Shown here in pieces: positions 18,445-28,364 of a stretch of 64,000 bases of DNA (position 1 is the first letter of the stretch; every line of letters starts with the position of its first letter). Location: IMG/VR virus record IMGVR_UViG_3300036985_006490, positions 64,001 through 128,000 of that record; one strand, 5' to 3'. Position numbers and translations under genes: made by a program. Source of the stretch: a virus. Below the pieces are notes generated by a model. The model was not told the DNA's origin. It saw nothing but the letters and a program-made list of their open reading frames with translations, and made no database searches.

Positions 18445-19033
18445 TTTCTAAAAATTTAATAAAGGTTTCAAAATTGAATGATGGGTTTAGGTCAGTATAA
18501 TTGGAATCGTAATTACTTCTTGAACAAATCCCTTCGAAGTTTTCTATACCATCCACCTTTGTGTTATGACCTACACACGTCTTTTCAATTTGAAGAGTTT
18601 CTGTTAAGTGTTTACACAATTCAGCACTCATTTTGATTTGCTGAGGTGTGTAAGGTTGCCAGAAATAGAAATCTCTCCATTTTTTTTCGTAAACCTGTTC
18701 ATTATAAATACTTCCTTTCCAGTTAATATAATGGTTGGTTAATGGTTTCTTTTCCAACCACCCTAAATTCTCCAACATGACAAATATTGAAAGTTTATTT
18801 GTGATATGGTCATCAAAGAAATTGCCATATCCTTGGTCCGATAACAACTGTAAAACTTTACCCTCTCGGGTCACAACATAGTTAGGTATTTTGTCATACT
18901 TGGAATTATACCTAAATTTAAGGGAAGCCAAGTATTCCTCGACTTCCCTTGAAGTATGACACAAAATTATTTGTGTCTTTTTTTTGTACTTACCTACTGA
19001 TTTGAAATTTCCGTGTTTTTCAAAATTAACCAT
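18428..19033 (-). CDS. N-acetylmuramoyl-L-alanine amidase (Amidase_2), putative endolysin
   Basis: IILCHT, NYVV-x-REGKV-x-QL, SIFVMLEN-x-G, YT-x-x-Q, VGHN, TDLNP-x-F. Confidence 0.75.
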   Translation of the reverse strand: MVNFEKHGNFKSVGKYKKKTQIILCHTSREVEEYLASLKFRYNSKYDKIPNYVVTREGKVLQLLSDQGYGNFFDDHITNKLSIFVMLENLGWLEKKPLTNHYINWKGSIYNEQVYEKKWRDFYFWQPYTPQQIKMSAELCKHLTETLQIEKTCVGHNTKVDGIENFEGICSRSNYDSNYTDLNPSFNFETFIKFLENEQFA

Positions 19034-19781
19034 GACTTCTTACGTAACTGAGTCTTTTAATTTCGGAATCATATAACGGTGACTCATCTTCGAAAAATTC
19101 GGATTCATCTTCCATTTGTTCGGTGATTTCTGTACCTTCAAGTTCTAGTGAACCAAATTTTTGTTCGTTCAGTTTTCTTAATTCATCTTCCAACTTTTCC
19201 AATTCTTCTTTAGTTGGTGTATATTTTTCTTGATTAATCTGTGCTTCCATCTTGCCAGCCTGAATACTCAACTGGTCAATATCTATAACCTGAGGTTGTG
19301 GTGTCGGAACTTTTTTCTTCTCCTCTTCTTCAAATTTTACTAACATGTGTAAGAATGAAAGAGAAATTATTGGTAACATTCCACCAGAAAACAAAGATAA
19401 AAATCTCTTATGACCAACATAATCACCTGATTCAACTCCCAAGTATGAAACCAATGGGTCAACTAAATCAACCCAATCCTTAAACGCTGGTGAATTAATA
19501 TCAATGTATTGATAAGCAAAGAAGATATTTCCAATGAATTGTATAAGAGTTACAATACCAAATGGGAAATATACCTTAGAACCCATCTGAGCTGATATTG
19601 CAGCAAGTGCTGACAAAGCAGCAATTTCAATACCAACAGACAAATATATTGACCAACTAACAGGATTTGACAATCCATACCAAGAAGTAACGTGAGATAT
19701 GGAAACAAATGCCACAGTTAAAATTGGAACAAGGAATGAAATATAAATTATTGCTTTGAAATTCCTTTGTATCCAATTCAT
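19026..19781 (-). CDS. multi-TM membrane protein (DUF2637-like), holin candidate
   Basis: About four TM helices, VSISHV and GIEIAAL motifs, acidic tail; directly upstream of the amidase. Confidence 0.55.
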   Translation of the reverse strand: MNWIQRNFKAIIYISFLVPILTVAFVSISHVTSWYGLSNPVSWSIYLSVGIEIAALSALAAISAQMGSKVYFPFGIVTLIQFIGNIFFAYQYIDINSPAFKDWVDLVDPLVSYLGVESGDYVGHKRFLSLFSGGMLPIISLSFLHMLVKFEEEEKKKVPTPQPQVIDIDQLSIQAGKMEAQINQEKYTPTKEELEKLEDELRKLNEQKFGSLELEGTEITEQMEDESEFFEDESPLYDSEIKRLSYVRSHG

Positions 19782-20065
19782 TTCCTCTGTAATTTAAGTT
19801 TTTTTATCTCCTCTTCAATTTCACTTTGTCTTCTAACATCGAATAATTTTCTGTCAGTTGCCTGAATCATTCTTTTCTCGGCTTCTAATCCTGAAATTTG
19901 TAATTCAACATTTAATTCTTGTTTGGTGTATGTCGAGTCTTTGATTGCGGTTACCTCCTGTCTCACTTTGGTTAATTCTCTTGAATCACCGCAGGACTTA
20001 AATAACGTAAGTAATGCAATTACCAAAACGATTATCACGAAGTTGTTTTCTATAAATTTTTTCAT
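19778..20065 (-). CDS. membrane-anchored or lipoprotein-like coiled-coil protein
   Basis: FVIIVLVIALLTLFKSCG (possible lipobox) followed by a coiled coil. Confidence 0.55.
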   Translation of the reverse strand: MKKFIENNFVIIVLVIALLTLFKSCGDSRELTKVRQEVTAIKDSTYTKQELNVELQISGLEAEKRMIQATDRKLFDVRRQSEIEEEIKKLKLQRK

Positions 20066-20097
20066 ATAAATTTTATTTTAATTTATCCTTAAAATAT

Positions 20098-20126
20098 AAA
20101 AGGTGTATTAAATAAATACACCCTTT
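20098..20126. terminator. hairpin downstream of the sigma gene (possible terminator)
   Basis: GGTGTATT-aaata-AATACACC inverted repeat flanked by A/T runs. Confidence 0.5.
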
Positions 20127-20134
20127 ATTACATT

Positions 20135-20932
20135 TTACAAATAATCAAACAAAGAAGCTGTCTCGTTTCTCAATTTTCTCAAGGCTTTTTCTTTGATTTG
20201 TCTTACTCTTTCCTTAGTCAAATCAAAGTCACTACCGATGTCCTCAAGGGTTCTGGTTGAACCAGATAACCCAAAATAATCTTCAATGATAACCTTTTCC
20301 CTCTCATCCAAGACATTCAACATATTCAAAAGTTTTTCTTTCAGGGTGTCTTCTGTAGATAAATTTTTATCCGCAGAATCTGCATTAGGGTTAACCAAAA
20401 TGTCCAACAATGTATCACCTTCTTCATTAAGTGGCTTATCCAAATTAATTGTATAAGGTAAGGTCACCATTTTATCTGGTAATGCAACTCCAGCCCTTTC
20501 AAGTTCCTTCTTAGCCTTATGAAGTTCTTGAACAACGTTTACTGGTAGACGAATGGTACGAGCATTCTCATTTAATGATTGTAAGATAGATTGTCTAACC
20601 CACCAAACCGCATAAGAAATAAATCTTAATCTTTTTGTCCAATCGAAGTTTTCAATCGCTTTCATTAACCCAAGGTTACCTTCAGCAATCAAGTCAGACA
20701 AATCCAAACCTTGATTCTGATATTGTTTGGAAACCGTAATAACGAAACGAAGGTTACCAACAAGCAATTCTTTTTCAATTTCTTTCCGTTCTTCTTCAGT
20801 AAGAACACCTGAAAGCATTCTCTCAGCAAGTTCACGCTCCCTCTCAGGAGTCATGACCTTAATCTTTCGAATGTCTTTCAGATAATGACTAATCTCTTCT
20901 TGATTGATTGGAATTGAGGATTTCTCTTTCAT
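20135..20932 (-). CDS. RNA polymerase sigma-70 factor (Bacteroidetes RpoD-like, no region 1.1)
   Basis: NLRFVITVSKQYQNQGL, DLIAEGNLGLMKA, FISYAVWWVRQSILQ, RTIRLPVN, TLEDIG...LTKERVRQIKEKALRKLR. Confidence 0.93.
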   Translation of the reverse strand: MKEKSSIPINQEEISHYLKDIRKIKVMTPERERELAERMLSGVLTEEERKEIEKELLVGNLRFVITVSKQYQNQGLDLSDLIAEGNLGLMKAIENFDWTKRLRFISYAVWWVRQSILQSLNENARTIRLPVNVVQELHKAKKELERAGVALPDKMVTLPYTINLDKPLNEEGDTLLDILVNPNADSADKNLSTEDTLKEKLLNMLNVLDEREKVIIEDYFGLSGSTRTLEDIGSDFDLTKERVRQIKEKALRKLRNETASLFDYL

Positions 20933-20933
20933 A

Positions 20934-21506
20934 TTAGTTATTGCTGTAGTTTTGAAGTAGAGTTAATTCGTGTTTGGTAAGGGAGTCCATTCCTAAAACA
21001 TTAATCTTATCCAAGATGGTATCCAAAGTTGTTTTGGTTGCAGGAGTACCCATCCATTGTGAAATCTTAGCCTTAATCTCTGAATGTAATTCGTTTGGAA
21101 GAATTACTTCGTTTGAAAAACTGATGTCAATATCGTCCTCATCATAGTCATCATACAAATCAGTATTCTCAACAACACCTTTCATGTCGATTGAATAGTC
21201 ATTATTTTGACCAGGATTATCCAAATCAAATAAATGACCAGATTTTTCGTAAGGGACGTGAACTGACACTTTGTCAGATACTTCTGTCAAAATTAGTATT
21301 TCACTATCAACATGGATAAGTCCAGTGATATATTCAAAGATTTCGTCTTTGGGAACCTCTGTTGCGAAGTGCATCATTATAATTCCTCCTCCGAATTGAT
21401 ACTTCATGTTTGGTGAATCCACCAATGGTGCGACTTCCATTACTAGTTGATTACAACTTTCGTCTGTAATAAAATTCCCGATGACTGTGGCTAAGTAGTT
21501 TTTCAT
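20934..21506 (-). CDS. hypothetical protein
   Basis: C-terminal LDTILDKINVLGMDSLTKHE motif (DUF6576-like). Confidence 0.65.
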   Translation of the reverse strand: MKNYLATVIGNFITDESCNQLVMEVAPLVDSPNMKYQFGGGIIMMHFATEVPKDEIFEYITGLIHVDSEILILTEVSDKVSVHVPYEKSGHLFDLDNPGQNNDYSIDMKGVVENTDLYDDYDEDDIDISFSNEVILPNELHSEIKAKISQWMGTPATKTTLDTILDKINVLGMDSLTKHELTLLQNYSNN

Positions 21507-21525
21507 ATTTTACGTTTAATTTTTA

Positions 21526-21555
21526 CAAAGATACTGATTTAATATTACTAACAAA
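21526..21555 (-). promoter_or_regulatory. Bacteroidetes-type promoter for the 21506-sigma operon
   Basis: TTTG-N18-TATCTTTG upstream of the 21506 start. Confidence 0.6.
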
Positions 21556-21578
21556 ATAAACTCTTCCTTTAGTTCCTG

Positions 21579-22052
21579 TCAACTCAACATCAGGTCTGAT
21601 AAACCATCTATCTGAATCTTACATGCCAGATAACTTTCATAATTCAGATATGTTGGATTTTGCTTGGCAATTACCGTCACCTTACTATGCTCACCCTTAG
21701 ATAGTTTGACAGTTGAACAATACTTCTTTAATAGTGAAATGAATTTATCCATAGTCATGTTTTCATCCTTATCCAACTCAGAGAATATAAACCTCATCGC
21801 TTTACTCCTCTGAATGTAGTGGTCGTCCACAAGTTGGGTTAATGGTAAGTCTTTTGCATCCTCAGACATAAGGCCTGTTTTGAAATACTTACAGTTGGTG
21901 ACATCCCAAACTGGATTTCTGTTTCTAACGAAAAACTGTTTGGACTTGGTTTCATCATCCTTGAGACTTCTGTACCTTGGTAACAACGCCTTGAAGTCCT
22001 CCAAGGTTTCCTCGATGTTGGATAATTGATTATGATTTAATTTTCCCTTCAT
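21579..22052 (-). CDS. hypothetical protein
   Basis: Start MKGKLN (22052) after TTG-N20-TATCATTG; DDHY and EH motifs. Confidence 0.65.
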   Translation of the reverse strand: MKGKLNHNQLSNIEETLEDFKALLPRYRSLKDDETKSKQFFVRNRNPVWDVTNCKYFKTGLMSEDAKDLPLTQLVDDHYIQRSKAMRFIFSELDKDENMTMDKFISLLKKYCSTVKLSKGEHSKVTVIAKQNPTYLNYESYLACKIQIDGLSDLMLS

Positions 22053-22120
22053 AGAGACAATGATAATAAAATTTTGTAATACTTCCAAATTAAAACCCCC
22101 ACCGTTGAAGGTGGTATGAT

Positions 22121-22864
22121 TTAACTAATTGTTTCAAGAAAAACTTCCATATTTGGAATATTATTCTTCATTATGTGTCTGTTGAGGATTTTTGCTTTCT
22201 CAGCGTTACTAATTCCTGTCCAAATCTTATATCCATTTACGTCTCGGACACTTGATTCTCTGTATGAATTCGGAAATAACTCTTTGAGAGTTTCGTTATC
22301 TGTTGCAATTATGTCAACATCTTCGTCCAATTTCTCCCAACCAACAACATCCGCAATTTTTGATAACCCTAATGCAAAGGTATCTGATGCAACATCTTGA
22401 GTCAGGTTTTCACCATTTTGTTTCAAAGTCAATTTTGTTTTTGCTCTCTTTAAAGCTTGAACCAATTCTTGTTTTTCATTTACAGAAGTTTCTTTATCTG
22501 AAGAAATTTTACTAATTACATTAATCTCAGTGGTATTCGGAATAAACTTGACTACTTTGTCAATACGAGAATTTAAAATATCAGTGTCATCTACATCAAA
22601 CCACTCTGTGGTAATATTTCTACGATCAACATACTGTTTCTGTATACGATAATCTTCAAAACAAGTATGAAGAATTTGTTCTAACATTGATTGATTTTCG
22701 GTTTCAAATACTCTAACAAAAAGAATATCTACAGGTAAATGAGTAGAATTCAACTGTGTTTCTCTTATCTTGTATTGGATACTTTTTCCAATCTTATGGA
22801 AAGCACCTAAAAAATTTCCACTATAATCAATCAATCGTGCAACGTAAACGAATCCTTTGTCCAT
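22121..22864 (-). CDS. GIY-YIG / T5orf172-like domain protein
   Basis: GFVYV...HKIGKS...RETQLN...P...LEQILH...EWF pattern; TATCTTTG at 22896-22903 upstream. Confidence 0.75.
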   Translation of the reverse strand: MDKGFVYVARLIDYSGNFLGAFHKIGKSIQYKIRETQLNSTHLPVDILFVRVFETENQSMLEQILHTCFEDYRIQKQYVDRRNITTEWFDVDDTDILNSRIDKVVKFIPNTTEINVISKISSDKETSVNEKQELVQALKRAKTKLTLKQNGENLTQDVASDTFALGLSKIADVVGWEKLDEDVDIIATDNETLKELFPNSYRESSVRDVNGYKIWTGISNAEKAKILNRHIMKNNIPNMEVFLETIS

Positions 22865-22915
22865 GGTATTTTTTATTTTTTAAAATTGTGAAGAACAAAG
22901 ATACACATTAATTTA

Positions 22916-22957
22916 AAAAAAAATAAAAAAATCCCATTTTTTTTTAAGAATGGGATT
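22916..22957 (-). terminator. intrinsic terminator after the methyltransferase
   Basis: AATCCCATT...AATGGGATT hairpin followed by a T-rich tract on the minus strand. Confidence 0.6.
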
Positions 22958-22962
22958 GGGTA

Positions 22963-23826
22963 TTATACTTTACTTATCCATGAATTGCCTAACTTGACAT
23001 AATCATAGTTTAACTCAAATCCAACAAAATCACACCCTAAAGATTTTGCCACAACTAATTCACTACCCGAACCAGCAAATGGAACTATAACTTTAGGCTT
23101 AGAATCTTTTGGAATTGACGATAAAAATAATTTACGAGTAAGTTCAAATGGTTTTTGTGTTGGATGTTTAAATGTATTGTGGTCTTCATGCCCCCCCTTT
23201 TCTTTTGGATGAAATGCCTCTTCACAATCGTGGCAATAAAACCATCTTTCAACGCTACCAGAACCTCCAGCTAAAGCAGGTACTTTGAAAACGTCTCTCG
23301 GAAGAGCCCCATTCTCATTTGCATTGTATATTGTCTCTTTTTCTCCATCTCCAAATCTTCCTTTGGTTGCTTTGCGAACTTTCCCCGCAGCATTTTTTAA
23401 AAATGAATCAGTGTATTCTTCTCTTACATCATCAAGATTGAAATTTTTCTTATTACCCTTCCAAACATGAATAATTGATTCATGACTTCTCTGCCAGTCT
23501 TTTAGGCTAGGAACTGTTTTATTAGTATAATGCCACACTAACCACTTTTTGTTGTTATGAGGAATTTCAACAAATATATGAGCAAGAATTTCACTGAATC
23601 CGTAAATAAACATTGACCCTCCCTCAGTTAGAGTTCTATAACCTTCACTAATCCACTCTTGAGACCATTTAAAATAATCCCCCATATCTTGTTTATCAGA
23701 GTCATTACCAAAATCCTTACCGATGTTGTATGGAGGGTCTGCAACAATGGTATGAATACTATTATTAGGAATTTTTTTCATCCCCTCAATACAATCAATA
23801 CGTAATATTTTATTTTCCAAGTTCAT
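22963..23826 (-). CDS. site-specific DNA methyltransferase (N4/N6, beta class)
   Basis: DCIEGM, ADPPYN, HPTQKP, then PFAGSGS and GFEL (motif IV before motif I); CHDC insert. Confidence 0.9.
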   Translation of the reverse strand: MNLENKILRIDCIEGMKKIPNNSIHTIVADPPYNIGKDFGNDSDKQDMGDYFKWSQEWISEGYRTLTEGGSMFIYGFSEILAHIFVEIPHNNKKWLVWHYTNKTVPSLKDWQRSHESIIHVWKGNKKNFNLDDVREEYTDSFLKNAAGKVRKATKGRFGDGEKETIYNANENGALPRDVFKVPALAGGSGSVERWFYCHDCEEAFHPKEKGGHEDHNTFKHPTQKPFELTRKLFLSSIPKDSKPKVIVPFAGSGSELVVAKSLGCDFVGFELNYDYVKLGNSWISKV

Positions 23827-24544
23827 CGAATACTTTTTTATTAAATATAATAAAACCATTGTTAAGAATATCAAGACGTGTGTCATTTCTGAAATCTAAG
23901 TAAGGTTTTCTGTAATCCCCATTTTTCTTTTTTGGATTTTTAATCACACCCTGTGGAGGAACCCAATAAGTAATCGGGACTACACCTACAGATTCCTCTC
24001 GTTTCATTTTAATAATATCTTTTCTGTTCGAGAATTTCTTGACACCATAGTCACAAATATCCATGACTCTAACGTCTACTCCCTGTCTATCAAGTTCGGG
24101 GTTAATGATAATTTTATTATTGGGATAATATTCTTCACAAACAAACCCAAATTGTATCTGAGTCAAAATTGAAGTCCAAGTTCTATATTGTCTTGCAATC
24201 CACCCTTCTTTGAATGCAAGATATGCTGAATCTGCATACTCCGAGAAATTATTTCTTTTATTATTGTAAGCAATCAAATTACTTTCAATTTTGGATATTA
24301 CCCAAAATATGAATTCTTCGAAAGGTAGAAAACTTCTTTCAACCCAATATTTTTCATAAATAAATTCTAAAATTTGAATATTTGGGGGTAAATCTTCCTC
24401 AACAGATTTGTTAGCTGCAAATTTTTTTCTATAATAATCCAAATTTATTGTTTCCAAAAACTGAATAAATTCTGTGATTGATTTTTGTGTCATTGTTTTA
24501 GTTTTTTTATAAGAATCCGCAATTTTTTTTTGTCTATCCATCAT
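23810..24544 (-). CDS. TaqI-family type II restriction endonuclease-like protein
   Basis: FLETINLDYYRKKF...K-x-VEEDLP, G-x-x-AR-x-YRTW-x-SILTQIQ-x-G, ELDRQGVD, VKK, NGFIIF resemble RE_TaqI; adjacent to an MTase. Confidence 0.65.
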   Translation of the reverse strand: MMDRQKKIADSYKKTKTMTQKSITEFIQFLETINLDYYRKKFAANKSVEEDLPPNIQILEFIYEKYWVERSFLPFEEFIFWVISKIESNLIAYNNKRNNFSEYADSAYLAFKEGWIARQYRTWTSILTQIQFGFVCEEYYPNNKIIINPELDRQGVDVRVMDICDYGVKKFSNRKDIIKMKREESVGVVPITYWVPPQGVIKNPKKKNGDYRKPYLDFRNDTRLDILNNGFIIFNKKVFDELGK

Positions 24545-26922
24545 TGTGAGACTTTTGAAATGTTGTCAGTTTTTGTAATCTTAACTTTATTATCCGCAAA
24601 GTTGGATATGAGTTCATTATGAGATATCAAGAATATTTTTTCAAAATAATCTTTCAATTTTTTAAAAAACTCACCTATAAGCTCCATATTGTCATTAGAA
24701 ATCTTACCCCACGTTTCATCGTAGACGGATATATTTGGTTTTGGAAGTGAACATACTTTAGCAAGTACCGCTCTGATTGCCAACGCTCCGACTGTCTTCT
24801 CATATCCTGAACCTGCGGTCATTGGTTTTTCAATCCCTGTTCCGTTGTCAATCATGATGAAGTCAACCTCGTTCTTGTCATTGATACGAATCTCCAAGTT
24901 AAAGAAACATGAATCCTGAAGTAATCTCTGAAGCTCAGAGTTTATTAAAGGTAACATAGTTCTCATAATTATTTTCGATATCCCATTCTTACCATAGACT
25001 TCTACATAGATTTTGTAAATCTTCTCTCTTTCGAACTCTTCGGCAATTTTCGAGATAAGGTCTTTATTCTTTTCGATTCTTGATTCAATAGTTTCAATAC
25101 GAGTTGAGTTTGTATTTTGAACCTTCTCATACCCCCTCTTCTCATTAATCAATTCGTCAATACGTAATCCCGCCTTTAACAACTGAGCATCAATCTCATT
25201 GTTCTTCTTGATTTTGTCTTGGACTTCCTCATATCTTTTGAGTTTATCTTTGACTTGTTCCAATTTGAGTTGAGTGGATTCTAAAGATAACTCATATTTT
25301 TCTTTTATGAGTTTGTTTCTTTCATATTCATCAAAGTCTTTCTTGAGTTGTGTAAAGGATTGTTCTTTCTTTTCGTACCCATCAATTTCTTCTTTGAAGT
25401 CCTGAACAAGTCTTTTGAATGAATCGAGTTGTTTAATTTTCTCGTTGGTTAATTTAGCTTCCATCAATTTGATACCACAATGGTCACATTGAATTCCGTC
25501 ACCATACTTTTCGATAAGGTCTTGAATTTCCTCAACTTTATTCTCGCAAGTAACAAGTTCAGCGAATCTTGATTTGATAACCTCTTTTACGTTATCATGT
25601 TTGTCCTCATGATAAAATTCTTTGGGCTCAACTATCTTAATACTCTTGATGTCCTGTTCGGTCTTTTGTCTCGAGTCCTCTAAGTTGCTTATTGAAGATT
25701 GTAATAACAATGGATTTAAGACAATAAGTTCTCTGTCCAAATCAGTAAATTTAGATTTCAACAAATTATCTTTATAGTCTTGTCCTTTCTGAAGTCTTTT
25801 ATCGACATCTGAGATGTTTTTGGACATCTCGATAATCTCATCCTTCATTTCAACAATCTCCTCACCAGAGGTCTCATTATCCTGTTTAAGAGACTCTGTG
25901 TTATACACATTAGAAATCATTCCTTTGGAGAACTCTGAATAAAGTTCTTTACCAGTCTCCTCCTTTTTCTTAAGGAATTCTAACCCCAAGAATCGAGTCA
26001 ATACCTGTCCACGAGCAGTTGGTTTTGCGTCCAACAAGTCCTCAAGATTGGATGCAGTTGTAACAATGGTCATCAAAAAGTCTTCCATACTTCCGATGGA
26101 TTTCTTCATGAAGTTTTCTGTCTCACGTCTTTGTTCGCCAGTGAAGTTTTGAAGTTGACCATCAGCAAGTTTCTTAAAGAACTCAAGTTCGGTCTTAATG
26201 TTCCATTCACCCGCCTTAGACTTCTTTCTTTCAATCTGACGAACAATCACATAATCTTCACCATCAATGGTGATGTCACCCTTAACACTAACTTTGTTTA
26301 CATCAGTAAACCTGTTGAAGATTTCTTCAGCCTTTTGAGTTTTGGTTGTTGTGTTGAAGAACAAAAACAATAAAAGGTCAACGGTTAATACCGTCTTCCC
26401 TCCAAAGTTTGGTGGATCTGATTCAACTACCGTAATTCCGTTACACTTGTCAAAATCAATTACTTGATTCTGTCCATAAGATAAGAAGTTATCGAACTCA
26501 ATTTTTTTGATATACCATCTTTTGAATGGAGTGATTTCAACTTCGTTTGCCAACATTCTGTTTTCAACCGCAAGGTCGATGTTCATTAGTTGGTCGAAAT
26601 ATTGTTCTTGACCTTTGGATTCCAAATAGGTTTTTACCAACTCTGTTTGATAATTCTTATCCATGATGTTCACTGAAACATCAATGGTCTGCATGGAATC
26701 TTCATCCGATGTCTTCACTTTGGTGATTACATTAATGTTTGTTGAAGAATACTTTTTTATAAAGTACTGCTTCACAGACTTAATTCTTTCCTGAGTAAAG
26801 TTTTCGGGTGTGTCTTCCCAAATTACCTGAATGTAAGGATTTTCTAATGTAGATGTATCTAAATTAGTTGGCATATTTGAATAGTTGTAAGTTGGATATG
26901 GATTGAATAAATCCCATTTCAT
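24541..26922 (-). CDS. SbcC/Rad50-like ATPase (T4 gp46-like) with about 135-aa N-terminal extension
   Basis: IKKIEFDNFLSYG, NFGGKT Walker A, coiled coils with CDHC zinc hook, GSGYEKT signature, YDE Walker B, LISH; start MKWDLF at 26922. Confidence 0.9.
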   Translation of the reverse strand: MKWDLFNPYPTYNYSNMPTNLDTSTLENPYIQVIWEDTPENFTQERIKSVKQYFIKKYSSTNINVITKVKTSDEDSMQTIDVSVNIMDKNYQTELVKTYLESKGQEQYFDQLMNIDLAVENRMLANEVEITPFKRWYIKKIEFDNFLSYGQNQVIDFDKCNGITVVESDPPNFGGKTVLTVDLLLFLFFNTTTKTQKAEEIFNRFTDVNKVSVKGDITIDGEDYVIVRQIERKKSKAGEWNIKTELEFFKKLADGQLQNFTGEQRRETENFMKKSIGSMEDFLMTIVTTASNLEDLLDAKPTARGQVLTRFLGLEFLKKKEETGKELYSEFSKGMISNVYNTESLKQDNETSGEEIVEMKDEIIEMSKNISDVDKRLQKGQDYKDNLLKSKFTDLDRELIVLNPLLLQSSISNLEDSRQKTEQDIKSIKIVEPKEFYHEDKHDNVKEVIKSRFAELVTCENKVEEIQDLIEKYGDGIQCDHCGIKLMEAKLTNEKIKQLDSFKRLVQDFKEEIDGYEKKEQSFTQLKKDFDEYERNKLIKEKYELSLESTQLKLEQVKDKLKRYEEVQDKIKKNNEIDAQLLKAGLRIDELINEKRGYEKVQNTNSTRIETIESRIEKNKDLISKIAEEFEREKIYKIYVEVYGKNGISKIIMRTMLPLINSELQRLLQDSCFFNLEIRINDKNEVDFIMIDNGTGIEKPMTAGSGYEKTVGALAIRAVLAKVCSLPKPNISVYDETWGKISNDNMELIGEFFKKLKDYFEKIFLISHNELISNFADNKVKITKTDNISKVSQ
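26821..26922 (-). repeat. diverged direct repeat, copy 1 (sbcC 5' end)
   Basis: 102 nt with 16 mismatches to 28380-28481 by manual alignment. Confidence 0.9.
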
Positions 26923-26923
26923 T

Positions 26924-27022
26924 TTATTGGTTTGTTTCAGAAGTTCTGTTTTGTTCTGCAATTTTAAATCCTACCCAAATATCTTTGAGGAATTGTTTAA
27001 CTTTATTTAATATACTTTTCAT
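26924..27022 (-). CDS. small ORF MKSILNKVKQFLKDIWVGFKIAEQNRTSETNQ (32 aa)
   Basis: ATGA-coupled to the radical SAM stop; stop codon ends 1 nt before the sbcC ATG. Confidence 0.45.
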   Translation of the reverse strand: MKSILNKVKQFLKDIWVGFKIAEQNRTSETNQ

Positions 27023-28356
27023 TTTAAATTATTTAATTGGGGAAATGTTAATAGTAAGTTTTTATTTCTTCTAATGTCATATTGTGTGTAAAAAGATTTA
27101 AAATTATTCAATCCTTCTTCTTTATTAATACCATATTTTTCAATATCTATTTCTCTTAAATAACTAACTAAACGCAACATATCATTTTTCTCCCACTCCA
27201 TAAAATAGTTCTTTCCTCCGTTCCAATTCTTAATAACCCAATTCTCAATATCATCAGACATTTTAAATCTCATTGATTGTGGTAAAACTAAAACAGATTG
27301 AAATGATGGATGTCTTAAAATATTAAAAGAACAACCTGGCGATATCCTATTGTATTTATTTTTTAATTCTAACATCTTATCCATAAACTCTAACAATGAA
27401 AATAAACATAGTGCATTTATTGTCATCATCATTGAAATAGAAAATGTTTTTCCGTTTTTAAAAAAGTTTTCCAAATTTCTTAACCATTTATCCCAAATTA
27501 ATCCATCTCTAATGTATTCAGCATGTGAACCAAAACTTTCATTAGATGTATATAAATTAAAATTATTAAAATGATGTGTGGATTCAATTAATTTATTTGT
27601 TATAGTTTCACTTTGCCCTAAATTAGAATTCATTGCAAAATTGATATTTGGTTTATTTATTACCCACCAATCAATTAAATCCCAAAAATGTTTTGTTGTT
27701 GTTGGTTCTCCTCCAGTTATCCTAAATTCTTGTAATGAATATTGTAATTCACTTTCCCACCATTTCCAAAATGAACTTAAATATATATCCTTAATCTCCG
27801 ATTCACCAAACTTCATCATTGAATTATTATCGTGGTCTCCATTTATTTTATAAATTCCATTTTCTTTCACGTCTTTTTGCCATGTTGTTGAAAATGTTGG
27901 ATTACAATATGAACAAGCAAAATTGCAATTACTATCAAATGAAATTTCTAATGTTTTTAATGGAACATTTGATTCCCATCCAAATTCTTTTTTACATTTA
28001 TCAATCTCTTCATCAGTGTATATTGCAGTTTTATAAACTCTATCAGAAATATTATCAGATGAAATATTTTCTATATTCCAACAATACTCACATTCTTTAC
28101 ATTTAATTCCCTCCAACATTTCTTTTCTTCTAAGTTTTTTAAAGTTGGTATTATGAAGTGCCGATGGGTTATTTATAAGCTCTTCTTCAGGTATTATATG
28201 ATTAGCTGGGTGATGGCACGATGATGTTTTTCCTTCATTTAACCAAATAGTTGCGTTGTACCATTTTGCAGCACAAAAAGAAGTTGACACAGGGTCATTT
28301 ACTCTTTTTTTATATTCTAAAAAACTTTCATCTTCTTTTTTATTAAAATTTGCCAT
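27019..28356 (-). CDS. N-terminal twitch-domain radical SAM protein
   Basis: FCAAKW...SSCHH...C-x-x-C-x-YCW, CNFACSYC, FSTTW, ITGGEP, EYIR-x-G-x-x-W. Confidence 0.88.
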   Translation of the reverse strand: MANFNKKEDESFLEYKKRVNDPVSTSFCAAKWYNATIWLNEGKTSSCHHPANHIIPEEELINNPSALHNTNFKKLRRKEMLEGIKCKECEYCWNIENISSDNISDRVYKTAIYTDEEIDKCKKEFGWESNVPLKTLEISFDSNCNFACSYCNPTFSTTWQKDVKENGIYKINGDHDNNSMMKFGESEIKDIYLSSFWKWWESELQYSLQEFRITGGEPTTTKHFWDLIDWWVINKPNINFAMNSNLGQSETITNKLIESTHHFNNFNLYTSNESFGSHAEYIRDGLIWDKWLRNLENFFKNGKTFSISMMMTINALCLFSLLEFMDKMLELKNKYNRISPGCSFNILRHPSFQSVLVLPQSMRFKMSDDIENWVIKNWNGGKNYFMEWEKNDMLRLVSYLREIDIEKYGINKEEGLNNFKSFYTQYDIRRNKNLLLTFPQLNNLK

Positions 28357-28364
28357 TATTACTT

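Noticed and set aside
22121-22864. GIY-YIG gene as an intron-encoded homing endonuclease
   Set aside because: Free-standing with its own promoter, T5orf172-like, flanking genes intact, no group I intron features seen.
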